A stretch of 64,000 bases of DNA, taken from assembly GCA_963714095.1 (NCBI GenBank), contig OY970230.1, positions 468,084-532,083 of the forward strand, read 5' to 3'. This document shows positions 10,015-19,798 of the stretch, piece after piece. The position numbers and the translations under genes are program-made. The notes under the pieces were generated by a model. It saw nothing but the letters and a program-made list of their open reading frames with translations. It did no database searches and was not told the DNA's origin. The number at the start of each line of letters is the position of its first letter. Positions within the stretch are counted from its first letter, which is position 1. This DNA is from Candidatus Gottesmanbacteria bacterium. Its GTDB lineage: Bacteria > Patescibacteriota > Microgenomatia > UBA10105 > UBA927.

Positions 10015-10467
10015 TTAATTAGTTAATGTTTTTCCTACTTTTACTTGTGCAACTCTCACTATTTTATCGTGCAGCCGATATCCCGGCAAAATTTGCTCTA
10101 CTACCATATTATCTTTGCCAGCGACGACTTCTATGCATTCCATCTGGTGAGGATCAAATGGCAGACCCACGACCTCAATTTTCTCTACTCCTAATTCAGA
10201 CAATACCGCATATAATTCTTTCAGAGCTAATTCCAATCCTGTATCTTTCACGTGTTCAGACGCTTTCGAAAGCGTATCAATGGTCGGCAGAAGTCGCGCA
10301 ATGATAACTTCCGCCGCATACTTTCGAATCTCCTGCTTCTCCGCTTGTGTCCGCTTTTCCAAATTCTGATAATCTGCCAGCGCCCGCAGATATTTTCCTT
10401 TCCATTCTTCCGCGTCTTTTGTTAATTGTTCAACATGTTCGTCAATCTTTTTTTTCATAATTACCAC
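10015..10467 (-). CDS. grpE: nucleotide exchange factor GrpE
   Basis: 150 aa coiled-coil plus GrpE C-terminal domain, sitting between hrcA and dnaK. Confidence 0.9.
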   Translation of the reverse strand: MVIMKKKIDEHVEQLTKDAEEWKGKYLRALADYQNLEKRTQAEKQEIRKYAAEVIIARLLPTIDTLSKASEHVKDTGLELALKELYAVLSELGVEKIEVVGLPFDPHQMECIEVVAGKDNMVVEQILPGYRLHDKIVRVAQVKVGKTLTN

Positions 10468-11195
10468 GAACTCGTAAACTCCCCTATGAGTCCGCCCATA
10501 TACCGCACAAACGGAATAACCGTCGAATAATTGAGTCTGGAAGGCCCCACAATACCGATAGCTCCGGAAACATGCGGCGAACTAAATTTTTCAAAAACAA
10601 TACCACATTGTGAAAGGACACTCCGTGCGGCTATTTCCTCCCCCAAAAAAATATCAAAAACTTCGGTGTCTCTCCCTAAAAGCTCCGACCAGAATCCAAA
10701 CTGGTCGAGTGTGGCAAGTAAGTGGTGCGTCAGCTCATAATCGTAAAATTCCGGCATATCCAAAAGGTTTGCGGCACCTGCATAATACAGATCACCGTCT
10801 TTTGTTGCCGTAATTGCAAGTGTTTTGGTTTTCTCCGCCAGTGTTTTGGTTGCCTCGCGCAGTAATTTATCCACTTCCTGACGATATTCCCAAATTTTCT
10901 CTTTCACTGCAACTTCGTCTGCCACCGACATATCTTTGGTTTTCATGAGGTGATCGACGTAATAACGCATTGCAGCGGGAGTTGGGCCGCGGCCCGCCGA
11001 CGTATGCGGCTGATTGAGCATTTTGAGTTCAGTGAGATGCATCATTTCATTCCGGATTGTAGCCGGAGACACGCCAAGATTGTATTTTTTATCCAATGTT
11101 TCGCTTCCCACAGGTTCCGCGGTGGCAATGTATTCCTCAATAATTGCTTTGAGGATTTGTATCTGGCGCGGAGTTAAATCTTTTACCGGATCCAT
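10461..11195 (-). CDS. hrcA: heat-inducible transcription repressor HrcA (start at internal ATG MDPVKDLTPRQ)
   Basis: N-terminal winged-helix LTPRQIQILKAIIEEY...GSETL, HrcA family. A CIRCE operator and promoter lie immediately upstream. Confidence 0.9.
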   Translation of the reverse strand: MDPVKDLTPRQIQILKAIIEEYIATAEPVGSETLDKKYNLGVSPATIRNEMMHLTELKMLNQPHTSAGRGPTPAAMRYYVDHLMKTKDMSVADEVAVKEKIWEYRQEVDKLLREATKTLAEKTKTLAITATKDGDLYYAGAANLLDMPEFYDYELTHHLLATLDQFGFWSELLGRDTEVFDIFLGEEIAARSVLSQCGIVFEKFSSPHVSGAIGIVGPSRLNYSTVIPFVRYMGGLIGEFTSSW

Positions 11196-11215
11196 ATATA
11201 TCCTTTCTTGACAGA

Positions 11216-11252
11216 TTAGCAGTACTATACATCGAGTGCTAACCCTTGTCAA
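11216..11252 (-). promoter_or_regulatory. CIRCE operator (TTAGCACTC-N9-TACTGCTAA on the gene strand; plus-strand 11216-11242) embedded in a sigma70 promoter: -35 TTGACA (11247-11252), 17-nt spacer, -10 TATAGT (11224-11229)
   Basis: Plus strand reads ttagcagta ctatacatc gagtgctaa. The reverse complement gives TTGACA-agggttagcactcgatg-TATAGT, with AAAGGA as SD before the hrcA ATG. Confidence 0.8.
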
Positions 11253-11273
11253 TACCCTTCGACTCCTGTAATA

Positions 11274-12392
11274 ATGGATATACGGATGAAAAAAGTATTC
11301 CTGTATATTTTTATTGGATTACTATTACTTGCGATACCTGCAACGGTATTTATTGTCGGTCAGCAGAGGAATACCCGCACACAAGCCGCACCTGCCACCA
11401 CCCTTGCACTCACACCGGCAACACAAACAGTAACCAGCGGAAACAGTATTAAACTGAACGTCGATATCGACCCTGGCGCCAATCAGGTAATTTCCGCTAG
11501 TGTGTATCTTACCTATGATCCAACAAAACTCGAAGCGCAAACAATTACGAACGGGGGCGGCGCACCACGGGTTTTAAACTCCGGCATTATCGAAAACGGA
11601 ACGGCTTCCATTAGCGTAGGGGCTGCCAGTAACAGCCAACCGATAACAACCCAGGGGACCATCGCTGTCATCACGTTTACGGCAAAAAACGCTACGGATA
11701 ATTTCACTCCGACTCTCGTTCAGTTTGCGTCCAACACGTCTGTCGTGGGAATCAACGACCCGACAGCAAACGTCTTAGTCGGTACAACTCCTGCAAAAAT
11801 TACCATCAACGGCGCCAATACGAATACTTCCGCAACAGATGTTGCTTCAGATAGCGCAACGGTAACACCGACCGCAGGAGCGACGCCCACTGCAACACCG
11901 ACAGCAGATTTAACTCCAACTGCAACCCCGACAGCAGATTTAACTCCAACCGCCGGAGCGTCGCCGACAGATACACCTAGCCCGACACCTGCCTCACTAC
12001 AAATCCTTTCACCCCAATCAAATGCCGATGTGTCCACATCCCAACCGGTCATTCAGGGGACAGCCACTCCCGGCAGTGTCGTCACTCTCGTTATTCATTC
12101 TGATGCGGGAACCACTGTAACAGTGACCACGGACGCAAACGGTAATTGGTCGTATACTCCCGCAACCCCGCTGGATCCAGGTCTTCATAGCATCGTTGCC
12201 AGTGCCCAATCAGCTTCCGGCACAACCCAAACAGCTACCACAAGCTTTGTTGTCGCCAGCGGCACAGGAACCGACGCAAATGGGGCGACAGTAAGCGCTG
12301 TTCCTGTATCGGGCACTGTTGAAACCACGATAATTCTTTTAGGTTTAGGAATACTATTCATCACAACAGGCACAATCGTATGGCATTTTTAA
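11274..12392 (+). CDS. membrane-anchored surface protein: N-terminal signal anchor, cohesin-like beta-sandwich, TP-repeat linker, bacterial Ig-like (Big) domain, C-terminal hydrophobic anchor
   Basis: MKKVFLYIFIGLLLLAIP... TM; TPTATPTADLTPTATPTADLTPTAG repeats; Big-like VIQGTATPGSVVTLVIHSDAGTTVTVTTDANGNWSYTP; C-terminal AVPVSGTVETTIILLGLGILFITTG. Confidence 0.8.
   Translation: MDIRMKKVFLYIFIGLLLLAIPATVFIVGQQRNTRTQAAPATTLALTPATQTVTSGNSIKLNVDIDPGANQVISASVYLTYDPTKLEAQTITNGGGAPRVLNSGIIENGTASISVGAASNSQPITTQGTIAVITFTAKNATDNFTPTLVQFASNTSVVGINDPTANVLVGTTPAKITINGANTNTSATDVASDSATVTPTAGATPTATPTADLTPTATPTADLTPTAGASPTDTPSPTPASLQILSPQSNADVSTSQPVIQGTATPGSVVTLVIHSDAGTTVTVTTDANGNWSYTPATPLDPGLHSIVASAQSASGTTQTATTSFVVASGTGTDANGATVSAVPVSGTVETTIILLGLGILFITTGTIVWHF
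11891..11950 (+). repeat. 30-bp tandem repeat x2 (1 mismatch) encoding TATPTADLTP linker units
   Basis: tgcaacaccgacagcagatttaactccaac / tgcaaccccgacagcagatttaactccaac. Confidence 0.9.
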
Positions 12393-13787
12393 CACAACGC
12401 ACAAAACCAAAAACAATATCAGTCATTTCCATTTTGGCACTCATTGTGTTTTTACCGATCATGTTGTTGGCGGTCCAAAATATCGTTGTGCTTATCACAC
12501 GGGCAACGGGCACAACAGCCAATATCGCTGTTGATACAAAAACGATTCTTGATCCCGTGAATACCGATTTTTATCACGCATTTATCCAGGGAGACGAAGT
12601 ATCTACGGATATAACCGCCCCTGTCGTTGCTGATATTGGTGTGCTTAAACCCAAAATCATCCGGCTCGACCATTTGTACGATGTATACAATGTCGTCGGA
12701 CGGAATAGTGACGGGTTAACATTTGATTGGACCCGCCTCGACAGTGCCGTAAACGCAATACAGGCAACCGGTGCCAAACCGCTTCTCTCACTTTCCTATA
12801 TGCCATCGGTTATTGCCCAAGGCGGCAACAGTACTAACCCGCCAAATGACTGGAACGAGTGGGCACAGGTTGTCCAAAAAACCATCGAACACTACAGTGG
12901 GCGGGCTGGAGAAAAACATCAATGGGGTCTATTATGAAGTATGGAACGAACCGGACTCAGCCCAATTCGGCGGCTGGAACTATTCCGGGAACAAAAATTA
13001 TCTCACTCTCTATCACTTCGCGTCCGTCGGAGCCAACAATGCACAGAATGTCAATACATTTTATCTCGGCGGCCCGGCAACAACGGGGATCAATAAGGAT
13101 TGGATTACAGCTCTCCTTGCCAGCGGCAATAGAATTGACTTTCTCTCCTGGCATTCCTATCAGACCGATCCCAAAGCCTTCGATATAGACCGGCGGAATA
13201 TCATATCGTGGCTGCAACCCTATCCTACCTACACGCTTATTCCGCTTCTTATCACGGAATTCGGATTTACCGCAGATAAAAGCACATTGTACGGCACACA
13301 ATACGCGGCTGCCTATACAACGGCGGTTATCCGGCAACTCATTACTGGCGGACCTTCATACCTTTTTTCGTTCCAGCTTGTTGACGGAGCAAACGAGCAG
13401 GATGGATCCGGACAGGGTCTCATCACAAATCCTGATAACGGTATGACGAAAAAACCCCGGTATTACGTGTATAACTTTATTGACGCCATGGCTGGCAACC
13501 GCCTCGCCCTCTCAGGCGAAGGAACGTGGGTCACAGGGTTTGCCAGCATCAACAAAAACGTTATACGGACACTGCTCGTAAACTTTGACCCAAACGGATC
13601 GCACGCGGAAAATGTTCCAGTAACCTGGAAAAATCTGGATCCCGGTACCTATACATTGCATACGCAGTACCTGTCCGGGACAGACACGAAAACCACGGAG
13701 GTTGCCACAACGTCTGCCATAACAAAACAAATCCCCATGACGGCACAAACAGTGGTACTTCTTGAATTATCAAAACAAACACCGTAA
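12380..13787 (+). pseudogene. glycoside hydrolase, clan GH-A (GH5/GH39-like; NEP acid/base and TEFG nucleophile motifs) with N-terminal signal anchor, split by a 1-nt frameshift in an A5 run at 12912-12916 (authentic pseudogene, slippage site or assembly error)
   Basis: Frame 2 gives ...KTIEHYSGRAGEKHQWGLL*; frame 0 continues GGLEKNINGVYYEVWNEPD...LLITEFGFTAD.... Deleting one A from gaaaaac restores AGEN-INGVYYEVWNEPD in a single frame. Confidence 0.7.
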
Positions 13788-13789
13788 GT

Positions 13790-15442
13790 TTACGATAATT
13801 TATCCTGCATAGTGCCGGTCATCACTTCGTTGGCAGGATCCAGAAGTACCGCCTTCGGTCGGCGGACGCGGCGGATAAGTTCAATAAACGATTTCACCTC
13901 GTTCACATCAAACACCCAAGCCAGCACCAGATAGGTTACCAACCCTACACAACCGGCTACACCCGTTAACAGCAGCAGCCCGAATGTCCGTGTTGTATCA
14001 AAAATCAGCTGATCAAACAGTTTCAGCGGAAAAAATACGGCGACGCCTGCAACCGCAGCCGCGATAAACATTTTTATTGCGGGGAGAAATAATTCCTTTT
14101 TCGCAAACCCACCGATTTTTCTATCCAATACAATATATAAAACCGTTGCATTCAAAATACTTGCAATCGATGTAGATAACCCCAATGACCAAACCGGCAA
14201 ACCGAATACTTTTATAAATAAGAGGCTAAGTGCTGTATTTGTGAGAATGGAAACCACACTGATTTTCACCGGGGTTTTACTGTCATAGAGCGCATAAAAT
14301 CCGCGTGCCAGCACGTTGACAATGGATTGGGCAAAAATCGACAGAGCAAACATGGATAACGTCATGCCGGTTAATACAGTTGCCTGCCAATCAAAATGGG
14401 ACGCGCCGTAAATAAGACGCACAACCGGAACACGCAAAACAATAAATAATGCAGAAATAGGCAACACAAAAAAGAGAATTTGATGAATTGCCGATATCAC
14501 AGATTTCTTAAACTCCCCTTTATCCTCGTTGGCAGATGCGGCGGACAACGTGGGGAGAGCGGCTTGTGCGACACTCACACCAAAAAGTCCGACGGGCAAC
14601 TGCTGCAGTTGTTGGGCAAAATTAAATACAGTAACCATACGGGCTCCCAATAGTGATGCCATCATAAGGTCTACCGTGCTGTCAATCTGTGAGACTGCCA
14701 GTCCCAGCGTCCGCGGACCGATAAGTTTTAGCACCTCCCGTACTCCCTTATGCCGCCAGTCAAGCTTCAGTTTGTGCCGATAACCCACGACGATAACAAG
14801 AGGCACTTGAATGAGCATAAATAAGCCTGCCCCGATGCCAACACCGTAGACAGGAGCCATAAGACCGACCGTCGGCGTAAGGGTAACGACACCAAGAATG
14901 ATCCCGAGATTGTAAACGACAGGCGCAAGTGCCGGAAGAAGAAACATATTATATGACTGTAAAATCCCGGTAAAGAAGTTTCCGACCAGGAGCGGCAGTA
15001 CCTGAAATATAATCATAAAGCGTGTGTAAGTAGCCATACGGGCTATCTGTGCGGGTGAAAACCCCGGCGCCAAAAAATGAGACAACTGATTCGCAAATAT
15101 AAGGAGCGGGATTGCCAGAACCACCATTACCACAATACTCATATTGATAAGCGTCGCCGCCACATCAAATCCCTCTTTTTCATTTTTTTGAGTAACATAC
15201 TTCGTAAAAACCGGAATAAATGCACTCGTGAGCGCGCCCATGACTAATAACTCAAAAATAAGATTCGGGAGACGGAACGCTGCGAAATAGACGCCAAGCT
15301 CATCCGGTGTAAATCGGGCGTTCAAAAGCCTATCGCGCACGAGTCCCAGTACGCGGGACGTAAACACCATAGATATCAATATGAAAGCAGCAGATCCGAT
15401 CGTCTGCTGTTTTTTGGAAAATAACCCCCAGAAACGCTTCAT
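13790..15442 (-). CDS. murJ: lipid II flippase MurJ (MviN)
   Basis: 550 aa, 14 TM, N-terminal SRVLGLVRDRLLNARF...AFIPVF MurJ signature. Confidence 0.9.
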   Translation of the reverse strand: MKRFWGLFSKKQQTIGSAAFILISMVFTSRVLGLVRDRLLNARFTPDELGVYFAAFRLPNLIFELLVMGALTSAFIPVFTKYVTQKNEKEGFDVAATLINMSIVVMVVLAIPLLIFANQLSHFLAPGFSPAQIARMATYTRFMIIFQVLPLLVGNFFTGILQSYNMFLLPALAPVVYNLGIILGVVTLTPTVGLMAPVYGVGIGAGLFMLIQVPLVIVVGYRHKLKLDWRHKGVREVLKLIGPRTLGLAVSQIDSTVDLMMASLLGARMVTVFNFAQQLQQLPVGLFGVSVAQAALPTLSAASANEDKGEFKKSVISAIHQILFFVLPISALFIVLRVPVVRLIYGASHFDWQATVLTGMTLSMFALSIFAQSIVNVLARGFYALYDSKTPVKISVVSILTNTALSLLFIKVFGLPVWSLGLSTSIASILNATVLYIVLDRKIGGFAKKELFLPAIKMFIAAAVAGVAVFFPLKLFDQLIFDTTRTFGLLLLTGVAGCVGLVTYLVLAWVFDVNEVKSFIELIRRVRRPKAVLLDPANEVMTGTMQDKLS

Positions 15443-15476
15443 CCTGCCTATTATAGCTATTTTTTCATTTTTTTGT

Positions 15477-15489
15477 TATACTTACCCGC
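15477..15489 (+). promoter_or_regulatory. -10 element TATACT 7 nt upstream of the rpsT ATG (leaderless-type arrangement)
   Basis: gttTATACTtacccgcATG. Confidence 0.3.
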
Positions 15490-15729
15490 ATGCCGATCAT
15501 AAAACGGGCGATAAAAAAACTACGACACGACCGCAAAAGGACGATAGAAATCAAGCGCGTGCGCGCGTCACTGCAAAAAATGGTGAAATCCATGCGGAAA
15601 AAACCGACACAAAAATCATTAACGCGGGTATTTTCTGTATTGGATAAAGCGGCAAAAACGCATATAATCCACAAAAATAAAGCTGACCGGCTCAAAGCGC
15701 GTCTCTCCAAACTCCTCGCAAAAAAATAA
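15490..15729 (+). CDS. rpsT: 30S ribosomal protein S20
   Basis: MPIIKRAIKKLRHDRKR...GVIHKNKADRLKARLSKL, typical bS20. Confidence 0.9.
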   Translation: MPIIKRAIKKLRHDRKRTIEIKRVRASLQKMVKSMRKKPTQKSLTRVFSVLDKAAKTHIIHKNKADRLKARLSKLLAKK

Positions 15730-15777
15730 TCAGCATATTCTGTTTGTTTCTTCTCTCTTACTTGATATACTGATTTT

Positions 15778-16335
15778 ATGTCCCCTACTCGAACACCATC
15801 CGTTAATTTAATCGGCGAAGAAGAAATGGAACACACACCCGTCGGCCGGATTGTGATGTGGGCTGTAACGTACGGACGGTACATCATGATCGGGACGGAA
15901 CTTATCGTACTCCTGGCTTTTATCTCCCGCTTCAGCCTGGACCGCAAACTTACAGATCTTAACGACGAAGTATCACAAAAACAGGCAATCATTGATGCAA
16001 ATTTTGATTTTGAAACGGAGTTCCGGACAATACAGGCTAAAATAACGACAATACAAACATTTCTGAGTGTTACACCGATAGAAAACAACGCACTTAATGC
16101 AATTCAGACCATACTTCCTGCCGATGTCCACTTGGAATCGTTGAATATTACGAACGAACAAGTCGTCGGAAGCGTTGTTGCCAATACAACGGATGGATTT
16201 TCGCAAATGGTCGCAAATCTCCAGGCGGCAAACATCTTTAGCCAGGTGGAAATCGGCGATATCAAACGGAGCCCGACGACTGGAATACAATTTACATTCA
16301 CCGGAACAATAGCGCTTCCTAAAAAAGGGAAATAA
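15778..16335 (+). CDS. pilN: type IV pilus assembly protein PilN-like (short cytoplasmic N-terminus, one TM, periplasmic domain)
   Basis: 185 aa; N-terminal VNLIGEEE (INLLP-like), TM at ~30-55; followed directly by a PilO-like gene. Confidence 0.55.
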   Translation: MSPTRTPSVNLIGEEEMEHTPVGRIVMWAVTYGRYIMIGTELIVLLAFISRFSLDRKLTDLNDEVSQKQAIIDANFDFETEFRTIQAKITTIQTFLSVTPIENNALNAIQTILPADVHLESLNITNEQVVGSVVANTTDGFSQMVANLQAANIFSQVEIGDIKRSPTTGIQFTFTGTIALPKKGK

Positions 16336-16337
16336 CT

Positions 16338-17003
16338 ATGCAATTCAATTATAAAGATGAATATAAACGGTACCAGCGATATTACCAGTCGCTGGCGCCG
16401 CCACCTCCTGTGCGCCGCGCATACACGGCAATTATTTTTTCATTTCTCGTCATTTCCTTGTTCGGATGGTATGCAATCCGCCCGACCATTCAGACGATTT
16501 TAACGTTAAAGCGGGAAATTATCGATAAAACGGAGATCGACAAAAAAATGGAGGATAAAATCTCCGCTCTTATTGAAGCACAGGCAGCGTATCAGAATAT
16601 AGAACCGGATTTGCCGCTTCTTGACGATGCGCTTCCGGTCATGTCCGATGCGCCGCGTGCCGCTTGGCAGATTCAGTCACTCTCAACTGATTCGCACGTC
16701 ACATTAACGAACATGTCAATTATGACTGTCCCGCTTACCGGCGACACAGGGCCGGGGGTACAACAAAAGCCGGCATCCGGTACCCCGGTAAGTTTTCCGA
16801 TATCCGTCTCTGTAACCGGCGGATATACAGACGTGAAACAATTCATTCAGGGAATATATAATTTACGCCGCGTTATCCAAATAGACTCCATGCTTTTTAC
16901 CCCAATACGCACATACACGTCTATAGCGTCCGACAGTGCAACTCCCACTAGTACACAGGTAAAAGTTGATTTAAAATTAAATGTGTTCTATTTATCAATG
17001 TAA
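16338..17003 (+). CDS. pilO: type IV pilus assembly protein PilO-like (single TM, coiled coil, C-terminal ferredoxin-like domain)
   Basis: 221 aa; TM (IIFSFLVISLFGWYAI), then coiled-coil segment; 2-nt gap from the PilN-like gene. Confidence 0.5.
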   Translation: MQFNYKDEYKRYQRYYQSLAPPPPVRRAYTAIIFSFLVISLFGWYAIRPTIQTILTLKREIIDKTEIDKKMEDKISALIEAQAAYQNIEPDLPLLDDALPVMSDAPRAAWQIQSLSTDSHVTLTNMSIMTVPLTGDTGPGVQQKPASGTPVSFPISVSVTGGYTDVKQFIQGIYNLRRVIQIDSMLFTPIRTYTSIASDSATPTSTQVKVDLKLNVFYLSM

Positions 17004-17005
17004 TT

Positions 17006-17221
17006 ATGAAAATAACATCACTCTCAGAAGGAAATGACCGGGATTTACTCCTTATATCCGTATTTACCTTTTTTACCGTAACTTTGTGGGTATTTTTTGA
17101 GGTATTAAAAACCGTCAAAACTACAACGATTACCCCACAGGTAACACAAATTGTCGTTCCGTTATCGCCGACACTCAATTCCCAGGTTTTTCAAACACTT
17201 GAGGCAAAAAAGTCATATTAG
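17006..17221 (+). CDS. small single-TM protein (71 aa), possible pilus-assembly accessory
   Basis: Tight spacing after pilO-like; TM LLLISVFTFFTVTLWVFF. Confidence 0.45.
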   Translation: MKITSLSEGNDRDLLLISVFTFFTVTLWVFFEVLKTVKTTTITPQVTQIVVPLSPTLNSQVFQTLEAKKSY

Positions 17222-17222
17222 T

Positions 17223-18581
17223 ATGCATATACCCACAAAAATACCTACTCTCCTCGGCATACTCCTTGTTATTCTTATCGTCGGGGTTATTTCTGTAGGA
17301 TCCCAGTCACTCCTGAATATAGTAACAACAGCGTCCGGATCAATACAACCCGCAAACGTAGAGATATCCAACATTTCCGATACAACGTTTACGGTGTCCT
17401 GGACGACACAAATTCCCGCCACGGGCGCCCTGATAGTCGCCGTACCCAATGGAACATCACAGGTGTTATTTGACGACCAGGATACTAAAAATCAGGGAAA
17501 ATATATTACACACAGCGTCACCTTGCGCGCTGCAGTTCCTGACACCGACTACGAGATTACAATTCTCTCCGACAGCAAAAAAAATATCAACGGTGAAACT
17601 CCATATAAAATTCATACAGGTTCACTGTTGACAACCACAAGTGGGAATCTGGAACCTGCATACGGCACTATAGTCTCCGATTCAAACCAGCCGGTTGCCG
17701 GTGCCCTCGTGTATCTCACCCTTCAGGGTGGACAAACTCTTTCTACCGTCAGTAAGCCTTCCGGCACATGGCTTATCCCTCTGAATCTTGTACGTACACA
17801 GGACCTGACAGGGTACCTTCCGGTAACTGACCGGCTGACGGAAACGATTATTGTCCAAACCGGGGACAAAGAGACAAATGCAATCACTGACACATTGAAC
17901 GACTCACCTGTTCCCAACATGGTACCCGGCAAAACCTACGATTTCCGCGATCTCAATGCAAAAACATCGGGCAAGCCGTTGGCGATTGCCACCACGCCCC
18001 AAGTACAAAAAAACGCCGGAACAGTACTTGGCACGTCATCCGCAAAACCAGCCAACACGGTTTCGCTTGTTATTCCGGCTGATGGCGCGGCGCTGCCCAC
18101 CACACTTCCCCTTATACAGGGAACCGGAATACCGGGAAAAACCGTCTCCCTTGTAATCGGCATCACGAATCCCATCGGAGACGCAACTATTGTTCCTGCC
18201 AATGGGGTATGGACATATACACCAAAACAGCCGCTTGCCCCGGGCAAACAAAGCGTCACAATGACAACAACAAATCTTCAAAACAAACCGGTTGCCATCA
18301 CCCATGTGTTTGAAATACTCAAAAGCGGCACGCAGGTACTGGGTGACGCCACTCCTTCTGCCACACTCACACCGACGGACACCGTTACCATTACCCCATC
18401 GCCGACGGATACACCTGAGGCAACTATTTCTGCAACACCAGAATCCACTCCCGAATCCACGCCTGAATCCGAACTTGCTGCACAGCCTCCTCCCACAAGC
18501 GGCAATGAACTTCCGACCATCACACTTTTCGCTATTGGAGTCGGACTTTTAATTGGAGGCGGTATCGTCTTAATAAAATAA
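17223..18581 (+). CDS. surface protein: N-terminal signal anchor, FN3-like domain, Big-like domain, TPES repeat linker, C-terminal hydrophobic anchor (start at internal ATG MHIPTK)
   Basis: ANVEISNISDTTFTVSWTTQIPATG (FN3-like); LIQGTGIPGKTVSLVIGITNPIGDATIVPANGVWTYTP (Big-like, paralogous to the 11274 gene); TPESTPESTPES; C-terminal TSGNELPTITLFAIGVGLLIGGGIVLIK. Confidence 0.8.
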   Translation: MHIPTKIPTLLGILLVILIVGVISVGSQSLLNIVTTASGSIQPANVEISNISDTTFTVSWTTQIPATGALIVAVPNGTSQVLFDDQDTKNQGKYITHSVTLRAAVPDTDYEITILSDSKKNINGETPYKIHTGSLLTTTSGNLEPAYGTIVSDSNQPVAGALVYLTLQGGQTLSTVSKPSGTWLIPLNLVRTQDLTGYLPVTDRLTETIIVQTGDKETNAITDTLNDSPVPNMVPGKTYDFRDLNAKTSGKPLAIATTPQVQKNAGTVLGTSSAKPANTVSLVIPADGAALPTTLPLIQGTGIPGKTVSLVIGITNPIGDATIVPANGVWTYTPKQPLAPGKQSVTMTTTNLQNKPVAITHVFEILKSGTQVLGDATPSATLTPTDTVTITPSPTDTPEATISATPESTPESTPESELAAQPPPTSGNELPTITLFAIGVGLLIGGGIVLIK

Positions 18582-18663
18582 GGAACTGATATTGACTTCA
18601 ATGGTGAATACCATATAAGCTGGTAATAGGACCACTCGTTTTGGTTTATTTGTTGGAAATTAT

Positions 18664-19794
18664 ATGGCCGATATTTTAGACGCTGCTCAATCAAATACTC
18701 AACCGGGCACGACTCCTCCTGCTTCCGACGTTCCTCCAATGCCGCCGGCTCCACCGGTACCTATACCAGTGTCTCCGGAGCCGGAGGAACCCGAACCAAC
18801 GCCACCCGTACCACCAATGAACGAATCACCTATTATTCCTGACAAACCCGTGCCGTCTTCCGAACCGCCAACAGCACTTTCCGATTCTCTTATTATTCCT
18901 CCGCCGGGAAAAAGAACGCCCGCGACGGAAACTGTATCTCCACCACCTCCACCGCCGGAGGAACCACATAAGGAGGAAATAAAATCTCCTGTTAAACCAA
19001 AAAGAAAAAGGGGGATCGGAGTCCTTATTGCGGGATTATTGCTGCTTGTTATCACCATCCCCATTCTTGTCGTCTTTGTCCAACAACAGGAAGAAATCCG
19101 CAGCCGCGCAACGGAGGGAAACTACCCAACACCGACACCAATACTAGACTGCAGTCAAGTAAAGTGTACTGCCACAGGATGCACCGTCGGAAGTGCGTTC
19201 AACACTTCATCTTCCTCGTATTGTTATGTCAATAAATATTGGTGTCAGGATATTAAAGCAGGCGGGGTTGATTGCAGCACGGCTACCGGTGGAGTTGTCG
19301 TAGGATCCGGCGCGACAGAAAATTTTTCTGAAACTTGTGGCACTGAGCAAATTGATATTGGTTGCCCAGCTTGCGGGTGCAACAACAATATTTTAACTGA
19401 ACCGGCAAGTTGCTGGCATTCTATTCGCTACGCTTACGCTTGTACTGCAACTCCAACGCCGACGAGAACCGTTACCCCCACGCCCACGCCGACAAATACG
19501 CCCACTCCAACGCCGACGGGTGCCCCACAGTGTATCAGCATCGTCGCTTATGACTCAAACGGAAATGCGCTCTCACCTACTGATCTTGCCGCCTTACAAC
19601 CAGGCACCACGATTACCCTCGCATTTGCCCCGGGTGGCGCTGCCACCCAAGTCCGATTCAGCGTAAACGGCGGCGGCTGGAACACAACGACGACGAAAAA
19701 CTCACAAGGTCAGTTTGTTTGGAACTACACTCTGGACAATTCGACGAGTTTTACAATAACAGCACAATGGTTTGACGGAACTAACTGGAATTAA
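18664..19794 (+). CDS. type II membrane protein: ~120-aa Pro-rich cytoplasmic N-terminus, one TM, Cys-rich (>=14 Cys) extracellular domain, TP linker, C-terminal beta-rich domain
   Basis: [28 protein letters not shown]...[27 protein letters not shown]... [17 protein letters not shown]...[11 protein letters not shown]...[18 protein letters not shown]. Confidence 0.75.
   Translation: MADILDAAQSNTQPGTTPPASDVPPMPPAPPVPIPVSPEPEEPEPTPPVPPMNESPIIPDKPVPSSEPPTALSDSLIIPPPGKRTPATETVSPPPPPPEEPHKEEIKSPVKPKRKRGIGVLIAGLLLLVITIPILVVFVQQQEEIRSRATEGNYPTPTPILDCSQVKCTATGCTVGSAFNTSSSSYCYVNKYWCQDIKAGGVDCSTATGGVVVGSGATENFSETCGTEQIDIGCPACGCNNNILTEPASCWHSIRYAYACTATPTPTRTVTPTPTPTNTPTPTPTGAPQCISIVAYDSNGNALSPTDLAALQPGTTITLAFAPGGAATQVRFSVNGGGWNTTTTKNSQGQFVWNYTLDNSTSFTITAQWFDGTNWN
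19466..19505 (+). repeat. 40-nt segment identical to 19983-20022 in the neighbouring surface-protein gene (TP-linker coding)
   Basis: gaaccgttacccccacgcccacgccgacaaatacgcccac found at both loci. Confidence 0.85.
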
Positions 19795-19798
19795 CACT

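Noticed and set aside
10461-11252. Longer hrcA start at 11252 (MTRVSTRCIV...)
   Set aside because: The extension would read through the CIRCE operator and the -10/-35 promoter. HrcA similarity begins at MDPVKDLTPRQ.
11720-12052. Minus-strand ORFs with VGVAVGV repeats (11720-12052, 19804-20433) and the Gly-rich 18699-19064 ORF
   Set aside because: They are antisense mirror images of the TP/Pro-rich coding repeats on the plus strand. The plus-strand genes have signal anchors and folded domains; the minus frames do not.
15465-16088. 207-aa minus-strand ORF spanning rpsT and the pilN-like gene
   Set aside because: It overlaps two well-supported plus-strand genes (bS20 has an unmistakable signature) and has no start context or similarity.
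18592-18625. TTGACT-N16-TATAAG promoter-like string upstream of the 18664 gene
   Set aside because: The -10 hexamer is poor and there is no supporting extended -10 or conservation evidence. It is plausible but not reportable as a feature.
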